Shown in pieces: positions 56,739 to 64,000 of a stretch of DNA of 64,000 nucleotides (positions within the stretch are counted from its first letter, which is position 1; each line of letters opens with the position of its first letter). A model generated the notes under the pieces. That model had not been told where the DNA came from and searched no databases. It saw only the letters and a list, made by a program, of their open reading frames with translations. Both the position numbers and the translations under genes were made by a program. Source of the stretch: an uncultured Eubacteriales bacterium (GTDB lineage: Bacteria > Acidobacteriota > Aminicenantia > Aminicenantales > Saccharicenantaceae); contig CAZKFD010000004.1 in the NCBI GenBank assembly GCA_964551995.1, positions 45,762-109,761 on the forward strand. The letters run 5' to 3'.

Positions 56739-58754
56739 ATGAGAAAGAGGGATGAAATCCGCGTCGGCGTCGACACAGGCGGCACGTTCACGGACTTCGT
56801 CATTTGGCAAGGCCGGCGCGTCTCCAACCGTAAGGTCCTCTCTACGCCGCGGAACCCTTCCCTGGCGGTCCTGGAAGGCCTTCGCGAGTTCCTTGGCCAA
56901 GGCTCAGGCCCCGTTTTCATCGTCCATGGGACGACGGTGGCCACCAACGCCCTTCTCGAAAGGAAAGGTGGCCGGATCGCCCTAATTACGACGGCCGGAT
57001 TCGAGGACGTTATTTTCATCGGGCGGCAGACGAGACGGAACCTCTACAGGCTCCAGCCCGAGGAGCGGCTTTTCCTCCTGCCGCCCCGCCGCGTCTTCGG
57101 CGTCGGGGAGCGGACGCGGGCCTCCGGACGCGTCGAAACCCGCGTCTCCCGGGCTGAGGTCCGCCGAGTAGTCCGCAGGATCCGGGCCGCCGGGGCCAAG
57201 GCGGTGGCAGTCTGCTTCCTGCATTCCTACGTGAATCCCGAAAACGAGCGCGTCGTGGCCGAAGAGCTGGACCGGGCCGGCCTCCTGTCGTCGGTCTCCA
57301 GCCGGCTTCTCCCCGAGCATAGGGAATACGAAAGGCTGACGGCGACGGCCGTCAACGCTTATCTGATGCCGGTCATGGACCGCTATCTCTCGGAGCTCGA
57401 CCGGCGGATCGGAAAGGCCGAACTCCGCATTATGCAGTCAAACGAAGGTTACATCTCTCCCGCGAAGGCCCGCCTCGAGCCCATCAAGACCGCGCTTTCT
57501 GGCCCGGCGGGGGGTGCCGTGGGGGCGCGGCACGTGGCCCTGGCCGCGGGCTTCCCGAACATCATCAGCTTCGACATGGGAGGGACATCCACGGACGTAT
57601 CCCTGATCGAGGGGGCCATCCGCCGGACGCAAGAGAGCCGCATCGGGGACTTCCCCATCCGCCTGCCACTCATCGACATCCATTCGGTGGGAGCGGGGGG
57701 CGGCTCGATCGCGTTCCGCGATCATGGGGGATCCCTGCGCGTCGGGCCTCAAAGCGCGGGAGCTGAGCCGGGTCCGGCGTGCTACGGGAAAGGCGATCTT
57801 CCGACCGTCACCGACGCGAACCTTTTCCTGGGTCGAATGGACCCGGAGTTCTTCCTGGGCGGCCAGATGAGGATCTACCCGGAGCGGAGCCGGGCTGCGA
57901 TCGGACGGCTCGCCCGGCTCATCGGAAAAAGCCCGAAGGAAACAGCGCTCGGTGTCATCGACATCGCCAACGCCAATATGGAGAAGGCCATCCGCGTGAT
58001 CTCTGTCGAGCGAGGTTTCGACCCGCGGAGCTTCGCCCTTTTTTCCTTCGGCGGGGCCGGGGGCATGCACGCCGCGGAGATCGCCGCCCACCTCGGGATG
58101 CCCACTGTCATCGTGCCCCGGAACGCCGGCGTGCTCTCGGCCTTCGGGCTCCTCGTGGCCGATTGCGTCAAGGACGCCGCGAAATCCGTCATGAAAACGG
58201 ATGACCGGGTGTCGCTCTCGGACCTGGAGAGGGAGTTCCTGCGGCTTGAGCGCTCGGGGCGGCGCGACATGGAGGAGGACGGCTTCGCCGGCCGGGACGT
58301 CCTGTTCGAAAGGTCACTTGACTGCCGTTATCTGGGCCAATCCTACGAGATCGCTGTCCCTTACCGTACGGCGCGAACGGCCGGAGAAGCCTACCTTGAG
58401 GCCTTCCACAGGCTCCACCAGAAGCTCTACTCCTATCATCACGCAGAAAGGACCGTCGAGATCGTCAACCTCCGGGTCAAGGCCGTGGCCGTCACGCCGA
58501 AAATTCCCTTCGTCCGGCGGGCCGAGCGCTGGTCCCTCGACCCCCGGGCGGTCGTCAAGCGGCAGAAAATGAGCACGGCCCGCGGCCAGAGAGAAGGGAC
58601 GATTTACGACCGCTCGCAGCTCGCCGCGGGGAACGTCGTCTCCGGGCCGGCACTGATCATCGACCCGGAGTCCACGACGTATCTCCCGGCCGGATACCGG
58701 GCGCGCGTCGACGGGCTGCTGAACCTGATCATCCGCAAGCCGGGGCCGCGATGA
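56739..58754 (+). CDS. Hydantoinase/5-oxoprolinase subunit A (ATP-binding)
   Basis: VDTGGTFTD, HGTTVATNALLE, SGPAGG, DMGGTSTD, GAGGGS, GP.SAGA.PGPACYG, DCRYLGQSYE. Confidence 0.93.
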   Translation: MRKRDEIRVGVDTGGTFTDFVIWQGRRVSNRKVLSTPRNPSLAVLEGLREFLGQGSGPVFIVHGTTVATNALLERKGGRIALITTAGFEDVIFIGRQTRRNLYRLQPEERLFLLPPRRVFGVGERTRASGRVETRVSRAEVRRVVRRIRAAGAKAVAVCFLHSYVNPENERVVAEELDRAGLLSSVSSRLLPEHREYERLTATAVNAYLMPVMDRYLSELDRRIGKAELRIMQSNEGYISPAKARLEPIKTALSGPAGGAVGARHVALAAGFPNIISFDMGGTSTDVSLIEGAIRRTQESRIGDFPIRLPLIDIHSVGAGGGSIAFRDHGGSLRVGPQSAGAEPGPACYGKGDLPTVTDANLFLGRMDPEFFLGGQMRIYPERSRAAIGRLARLIGKSPKETALGVIDIANANMEKAIRVISVERGFDPRSFALFSFGGAGGMHAAEIAAHLGMPTVIVPRNAGVLSAFGLLVADCVKDAAKSVMKTDDRVSLSDLEREFLRLERSGRRDMEEDGFAGRDVLFERSLDCRYLGQSYEIAVPYRTARTAGEAYLEAFHRLHQKLYSYHHAERTVEIVNLRVKAVAVTPKIPFVRRAERWSLDPRAVVKRQKMSTARGQREGTIYDRSQLAAGNVVSGPALIIDPESTTYLPAGYRARVDGLLNLIIRKPGPR

Positions 58755-60322
58755 AAAAACCCGTCGACCCGATCGAACTCGAACTCTTCAAGAACATCTT
58801 CATTTCCGTTTCCGAGGAGATGGCGGCCGTCCTGGGCCGGACGGCCCTGTCGCCGAACATCAAGGAGCGGAAGGACTTTTCCTGCGCCCTATTCGACGAG
58901 TGCGGCGAGACCCTGGCCCAGGGCTCCCACATCCCCGTCCATCTCGGGGCCATGCCCCTCTCAGTCCAGGCCGCCATCCGGGCGTTTCCGATCGAGGAGG
59001 GCGACCTTGTCGTCCTCAACGATCCTTACCGGGGTGGCACCCACCTTCCGGACATCACCTGCGTTTCGCCCGTTTTCGTCGGCGGTCGGCGCGCCTTCTT
59101 CGTCGCGAACCGGGCCCACCACGCCGACGTCGGCGGGATGTCTCCGGGGTCGATGCCGCTGGCCACGGAGCTTTTCCAGGAAGGCCTCATCATCCCGCCG
59201 CTGAAGCTCGTGTCCGGGGGGCGGAGGAACGAAGATGTGATGCGTCTGTTCCTCGCGAACGTGAGGACGCCCGACGAGCGCCGCGGGGACCTCCTGGCCC
59301 AGATCGCCGCGAACGAGGTGGGCCGCCTCCGGCTCCTCGAGACCGTCGGGCGCTACGGGCTGGCCAAGGTGCGGACCTATGCGGGGCTCGTCCAGGACTA
59401 CACCGAACGCTTCCTGAGGGCGACCATCCGGCGCGTGCCGGACGGGCGATATAGCTTCGAGGATGTCATGGACAACGACGGAATCACGGACAAGCCTGTC
59501 ACGATCGCCGTAGACGTGACCATCCGCGGCGATCGGGCGCGCGTCGACTTCAGCCGTTCTGACGGCCAGGTCGAAGGGGGGATCAACGCCAACTTCGCCA
59601 TCACCTCCTCGGCCGTGCTGTACGTCTTCCGTTCCCTCGTCGACGAGGACATCCCCTTTAACACGGGCCTGATGCGGCCGCTTGACATCGTCGCCCCGAA
59701 AGGGACCGTCGTCAATGCCGCTTTCCCCGCCGCCTGCGCCGCGGGCAACGTCGAAACGTCGCAGAGAATCGTGGACATCCTCCTCGGGGCCCTGGCCCGG
59801 GCCGTCCCCGAGAAGATCCCGGCGGCCAGCCAGGGCACGATGAACAACATCGCCTTCGGAGGACAGGACACGGCCGGAGGCTCGGCCTTCGCCTATTACG
59901 AGACAATCGGCGGCGGCATGGGGGCCGGGCTGACCGCGCCGGGGCTGAGCGGCGTCCACACACACATGACGAATTCGCTCAACACTCCCCTCGAAGCCCT
60001 GGAGAACTACCTGCCGGTGAAGATCCTGCGCTACGGCCTGAGAAAGGGCTCGGGGGGCCGAGGCGCCACGCGAGGCGGCGATGGGATCGTCAGGGAATAC
60101 GAGTTCCTGGTACCGGTGACCCTGACGATCATGTCCGAGCGGCGCACTCACGCGCCCTACGGCCTCCGGGGCGGCGAGGCCGGGGCCATGGGCCGCAACA
60201 CGCTCATCTCCGGAAACAGGAGGACAATTCTGGGATCGAAGGTCAACATCAGGCTGCGGCCGGGGGACGTCCTCCGGATCGAAACGCCTGGGGGCGGCGG
60301 CTACGGCCGGCGCCGCTCCTGA
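58751..60322 (+). CDS. Hydantoinase B/5-oxoprolinase subunit B
   Basis: SPNIKE.KDFSCALF, IPVHLGAM, NDPY.GGTHLPD, HHADVGG..PGS, GNVETSQR, HTHMTN, TPGGGGYG. Confidence 0.93.
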   Translation: MKKPVDPIELELFKNIFISVSEEMAAVLGRTALSPNIKERKDFSCALFDECGETLAQGSHIPVHLGAMPLSVQAAIRAFPIEEGDLVVLNDPYRGGTHLPDITCVSPVFVGGRRAFFVANRAHHADVGGMSPGSMPLATELFQEGLIIPPLKLVSGGRRNEDVMRLFLANVRTPDERRGDLLAQIAANEVGRLRLLETVGRYGLAKVRTYAGLVQDYTERFLRATIRRVPDGRYSFEDVMDNDGITDKPVTIAVDVTIRGDRARVDFSRSDGQVEGGINANFAITSSAVLYVFRSLVDEDIPFNTGLMRPLDIVAPKGTVVNAAFPAACAAGNVETSQRIVDILLGALARAVPEKIPAASQGTMNNIAFGGQDTAGGSAFAYYETIGGGMGAGLTAPGLSGVHTHMTNSLNTPLEALENYLPVKILRYGLRKGSGGRGATRGGDGIVREYEFLVPVTLTIMSERRTHAPYGLRGGEAGAMGRNTLISGNRRTILGSKVNIRLRPGDVLRIETPGGGGYGRRRS

Positions 60323-60348
60323 ACGTTTTCCGCAAAGGAGGGACCATC

Positions 60349-61458
60349 ATGAATCCCAAGGTGATGGCTTCGTTTCTGGTTTTCCTGCTGACGGCCGGCG
60401 CCGAGCCGGCCTTCGGCCGCGACGGAACGCACGCCGTATCCGCCCCGGCCATGGCCGTCCGCGGCGTCTGGGTCCACCCGGGCTTTTTCGGCCCCGATAG
60501 GACGGCCGCGATCGAAAAGATCCGGGCCACGCTCGACGAATACAAGACAGCGGGCATCAACACGCTTATCGTCCTGGTCAAAGACGGCTCCGGCAGAGTC
60601 TATTACAGGAGCCGGATTGCCGTTCGCGACCCGAGCTGGGATTGGGACTTCTTCGGTGTGTTTCTGTCCGAGGCGCGCCGGCGAGGAATGACCGTCCACC
60701 CCTGGTTCTGTGTCTTCCCCGAAACGTCGATCCTCGGCCGTGTCCGCGAGCACCCCGAATGGCTGATACGCAGCCCGCGGGGCGAGTTCGTGGGCTCGGC
60801 CAATCCGGCCCTCCCGGCCGTCCGCGAATACGAGCGAAGCCTCATGCTCGAGGTCGCCCGGGACTACCGCACGGACTGGATCCATCTCGACTATATCCGC
60901 TTTCCCTGCGAGCCGACGGAACCCTATTTCAGCTTCGATCCCGAGACGCTTCGGCTCTTCCAGGAGTTTTCGGGTGTGGACTTGGCGTCGGTCAAAGCCC
61001 ATGACTCAGGCAACATGATCTGGAACGAATGGCTTGAATGGAACCGGGACCGCGTGACGCAGTTCGTCCGCGAGCTCAGGGATTCGCTGAAAGCGGACGG
61101 ACGGACGGTCCGAATCAGCGCGGCGGTCTTTCCCGACGCGGAAAACGCGAAGGTCCTTATCGGCCAGGACTGGGCGGCCTGGGCCCGGGAACGGCTGGTG
61201 GACATGCTCTGCCCGATGCTGTACACGAACTCGGTCCGGTTCTTCGCCAAGTCCGTAAAGCAAGCCGTCGACACTGGGCGCGGGGCCTGCCTGGTGTGTC
61301 CCGGGATAGGGATCGGGACGTCCCACAACCAGAACACTCCGGAAGGCATGCTCGAGGAGATGGGGATCTGCCGCTCGCTCGGCGCCGACGGCGTGATCTT
61401 CTTTTCCTCGGGCAGCCTTTCGGGGGCCTTTCTCGAAAAGCTGAAGACGGCGAAGTGA
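60349..61458 (+). CDS. Exported GHL10 (YddW/DigH-like) glycoside hydrolase
   Basis: Signal peptide; VRGVW, VHPWF, NPALP.VR, IHLDYIRFP, ISAAVF, GQDW..W, PMLY. Confidence 0.85.
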   Translation: MNPKVMASFLVFLLTAGAEPAFGRDGTHAVSAPAMAVRGVWVHPGFFGPDRTAAIEKIRATLDEYKTAGINTLIVLVKDGSGRVYYRSRIAVRDPSWDWDFFGVFLSEARRRGMTVHPWFCVFPETSILGRVREHPEWLIRSPRGEFVGSANPALPAVREYERSLMLEVARDYRTDWIHLDYIRFPCEPTEPYFSFDPETLRLFQEFSGVDLASVKAHDSGNMIWNEWLEWNRDRVTQFVRELRDSLKADGRTVRISAAVFPDAENAKVLIGQDWAAWARERLVDMLCPMLYTNSVRFFAKSVKQAVDTGRGACLVCPGIGIGTSHNQNTPEGMLEEMGICRSLGADGVIFFSSGSLSGAFLEKLKTAK

Positions 61459-61491
61459 CGCGGCGAGCGCGGACGGCGTCCCGACCCGGGC

Positions 61492-61968
61492 CTAGATCTT
61501 CCTGAGCTTTTTCTTCTCGATGAGCAGCATGCCCTGGTAGGAGACGTAGTTCAGGAGGATCATGACCCGCTCCTTGTCGCTGGCCTCCTTCTTGAAGATG
61601 CCCTTGAGGCCCTTGAGCGGTCCCTCCATGACTTCGATCTCGTCGCCGGGACCCGGTTCCCGGCCGTATTTTTCGAGGACGATCAGCCCCTCCCGTTCGC
61701 GCGCCTTGAGGCCCCGGACGACCTCTTCGGGAATGGGGATCGGCCCGTCGTCGTTGCCCACGACCCGTTTGACGCCCCGGGTGTATTTCACCATCTGGTA
61801 CTGTTCGGGGAACTCAAAAGAGATGAAGGCGTAGCCCGGGAAAAACGGCTTCACCCGGCCGCTGCTTTCGTGTTTCGGGCAGTACACTGCGAACCCGCCC
61901 TCCTCGAAGAGCCGCTCCACCTGCCCCTCTTTTTTGGGCCGGGTGTTGAGGACGTACCAGTGGAACAC
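61492..61968 (-). CDS. NusG paralog (RfaH/UpxY/LoaP-like antiterminator)
   Basis: NGN domain WYVLNTRPKKE...PFFPGYAF...TRGV; KOW domain PGDEIEVMEGPLKGLKG. Confidence 0.85.
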   Translation of the reverse strand: MFHWYVLNTRPKKEGQVERLFEEGGFAVYCPKHESSGRVKPFFPGYAFISFEFPEQYQMVKYTRGVKRVVGNDDGPIPIPEEVVRGLKAREREGLIVLEKYGREPGPGDEIEVMEGPLKGLKGIFKKEASDKERVMILLNYVSYQGMLLIEKKKLRKI

Positions 61969-61970
61969 GC

Positions 61971-62816
61971 TCAGTCCTCGCCCGGGTCGTCGGTCAGACG
62001 GAGCTTACGGTAGACGCCGGGCCTTCTGTCCGCGAGAAAATGGCGCCCGGCGTGGGAATCGCGGTTGGCCGCGAAGTCGCAATCGGCGTAGAGGACTGCC
62101 TCCTGTCCCTCCGGGGCCCGGGCGATGACCGTTCCGCCGGGCCCGGCGACGAACGAGCCCCCCGCGAATTCGAGGCTCTCCTCCCGGCCGACGCGGTTGA
62201 CCAGGGCCGCGTGGTATCCGTTCTGGAAGGCCGCCGTCCGGACCTCGGCCTCGAAGAGCCCCTCCGGCCACTCCCCCACCGACCCGGCCTGGGGGATGAC
62301 GACCAGCTCCGCGCCGAGGAGGCGAAGACCGCGCATGTATTCGGGAAAGTGGCGGTCGTAGCAGATGGCCACGCCGACGCGGCCGACAGCCGTTTCGAAC
62401 ACGAAATCCGGGCCGTCTCCCGGCGTGTAATAGCCTTTTTCGTGAAAGCCCGGGCCTTCCATGATGTGGACCATGCGCGTGACGCCCAGCAGGCGGCCGT
62501 CCGCGTCGATGACCGGCGAGGAGTCGTAGGTCCGGCCTCCGTCCCGCTCGAACAGGTTGAGGACTGCCGCCACGCCGGTTTCCTTGGCCAGGCGGCTGAA
62601 CATCTCCGTGGTCGGACCTGGCACGGGCTCCGCCCCGAGCAAGCGCTCCGGACCCGCCGGGACCCGAGGGTAGAAAGGCGTAAAGGCCAGCTCAGGGAAG
62701 GCGACGAGCCGCGCTCCCGCGCGGGCCGCCTCCAGGAAGGCTTGCCTCCCCCGCTCCCTGTTCGCATCCGGGTCCGGCCCCGCGCGCTTTTGGACGAGGG
62801 CGATTCTCAGGCTCAT
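61971..62816 (-). CDS. Carbon-nitrogen hydrolase (nitrilase superfamily, ureidopropionase/carbamylase-like)
   Basis: IALVQ, FPEL, YDSS.VID.DG, HEKGYY.PG, ICYDRHFPE, NRVG.E..L.F.G.S. Confidence 0.88.
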   Translation of the reverse strand: MSLRIALVQKRAGPDPDANRERGRQAFLEAARAGARLVAFPELAFTPFYPRVPAGPERLLGAEPVPGPTTEMFSRLAKETGVAAVLNLFERDGGRTYDSSPVIDADGRLLGVTRMVHIMEGPGFHEKGYYTPGDGPDFVFETAVGRVGVAICYDRHFPEYMRGLRLLGAELVVIPQAGSVGEWPEGLFEAEVRTAAFQNGYHAALVNRVGREESLEFAGGSFVAGPGGTVIARAPEGQEAVLYADCDFAANRDSHAGRHFLADRRPGVYRKLRLTDDPGED

Positions 62817-62927
62817 GTTCCTCCGGTCAGGGACGCCCCGAGCGGCCCCGCCGCCGGCCACCAGGGCCCCGGACGATGGAAGCCCGCGATGGAGTCTCGT
62901 CGCCTCCGGGACCCGGCGCGTCTCCGG

Positions 62928-64000
62928 TCATCGGCGGCAGGCCTTCTCCACGTCGGTGACGGTCTTGGGGATGGGCGTCCCCAGGACCCGGTGCCCGTTC
63001 GCCGTGATGAGCACGTTGTCCTCGATACGGACGCCGCCGAAATCCAGGAATTTCTCCACCCTGTCGAAGGTGATGAAGTCCCGGTGCTTCCCCTCTTTTT
63101 TCCAAAGGGCGAAGAGGGCGGGGATGAAATAGATCCCCGGTTCGATCGTCATCACGTGACCCGGCCGGAGCTCCTTGGCCATCCTCAGATAGGCCAGTCC
63201 GAATTGTTTGCTCCTCTGGACCGACTTGTCGTACCCGACGAAATCCTCACCTAGACCCTCCATGTCGTGGACATCGAGGCCCAAGTTGTGCCCGAGCCCG
63301 TGGGGGAAGAAGAAGGCGTGCGCGCCGGCCGCCACGGCCTCGCCGACGTCGCCCTTCATCAGGCCGAGGTCCTTGAGCCTGGAGGCCATGGTCCTGGCCG
63401 TCTTCAGGTGGACTTCCTTGAACGGAATGCCGGGCCTCATAGCCCGAATGGCCGCCCCCTGGCCCTCGAGGACGATCTCATAGATATCTTTCTGCCGCCC
63501 ATTGAACCGGCCCCCGACGGGCACCGTCCTGGTGATGTCGGACGCGTAGTGCATCCAGGACTCCGCCCCCGCGTCCATGACGAGCATCCGGCCTTTCCGG
63601 AGCTCGTTGACGGCGCTCTGGCTGTGGAAGATCTGCCCGTTGATCGTCACGATCGGCGGGAAGGCCATCCGGCAGCCCACGGAATTGACTATCCCTTCCA
63701 TGGCTCCGATGACCTCGCATTCGATACGGCCTGGCCTGGCCAGCCTCATGCCCGCGAGGTGCATCTCGGCGGTCACGCTGAGGGCGCTCTCGATCTCCCG
63801 GATCTCCTCCTTGGATTTGGTCAGCCGCTGGTCGACGACGGCCTCGATGAACCGCCGGCAGGCATTGGCTTTGACTCTCTTTGCCGGCAGCCCGAGAAGC
63901 GAAGAAATCGCGAGCTCCGCCTCGGCTCTGTATGGAGGCAGATAGTACACCGTCCTCTTCGCCGCTCGGGCCTTCCTCACGTACTCGTCGAACGCCTTCC
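62928..64000 (-). CDS. pepP: Xaa-Pro aminopeptidase (M24B), 5' end outside the window
   Basis: DAGAE..HYASDITRT, PHGLGH.LGLDVHD, TIEPGIYF, GGVRIEDN. Confidence 0.9.
   Translation of the reverse strand, partial: KAFDEYVRKARAAKRTVYYLPPYRAEAELAISSLLGLPAKRVKANACRRFIEAVVDQRLTKSKEEIREIESALSVTAEMHLAGMRLARPGRIECEVIGAMEGIVNSVGCRMAFPPIVTINGQIFHSQSAVNELRKGRMLVMDAGAESWMHYASDITRTVPVGGRFNGRQKDIYEIVLEGQGAAIRAMRPGIPFKEVHLKTARTMASRLKDLGLMKGDVGEAVAAGAHAFFFPHGLGHNLGLDVHDMEGLGEDFVGYDKSVQRSKQFGLAYLRMAKELRPGHVMTIEPGIYFIPALFALWKKEGKHRDFITFDRVEKFLDFGGVRIEDNVLITANGHRVLGTPIPKTVTDVEKACRR

Noticed and set aside
1-64000. CRISPR arrays, tRNA/rRNA genes, IS elements, prophage or defence genes
   Set aside because: None seen by eye: no regularly spaced repeats, cloverleafs, or transposase/integrase motifs.

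Overview
GC-rich bacterial chromosome window of about 53 genes, mostly housekeeping or metabolic. Gene content and style suggest an anaerobe, possibly Ca. Aminicenantes/Acidobacteriota; this is inference only. I saw no rRNA, tRNA, CRISPR array, transposase or integrase. The most striking region is the lower-GC island at about 690-3500. It holds a 28-bp XerCD dif-like site (1077-1104) about 100 bp downstream of an atypical parA-parB operon. Upstream of parA lie a non-canonical parS-shaped palindrome (TGTCGGC-GT-GCCGACA) and a partial direct copy of the dif core. Together these suggest a terminus-linked ParABS system or a dif-integrated par cassette. Other notable units are: (i) an APC permease-RACo-homocysteine methyltransferase-corrinoid protein-non-pyrrolysine MttB cluster, a candidate route from methylated amines to methionine; (ii) a long operon joining split purine enzymes (PurO-like cyclohydrolase plus AICARFT-only PurH), a stand-alone LigD phosphoesterase, GH57 glycogen enzymes, glgC, a GAF kinase/receiver pair and galT; (iii) an M16 peptidase pair lacking the zinc-binding histidines; (iv) a RidA with an optional Tat leader; (v) a frameshifted Tat-signal remnant; (vi) a nitrilase-family enzyme lacking the catalytic Lys, next to an orphan NusG/RfaH paralog. 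Start codons were adjusted by eye and all protein calls rest on motif recognition, not database searches.
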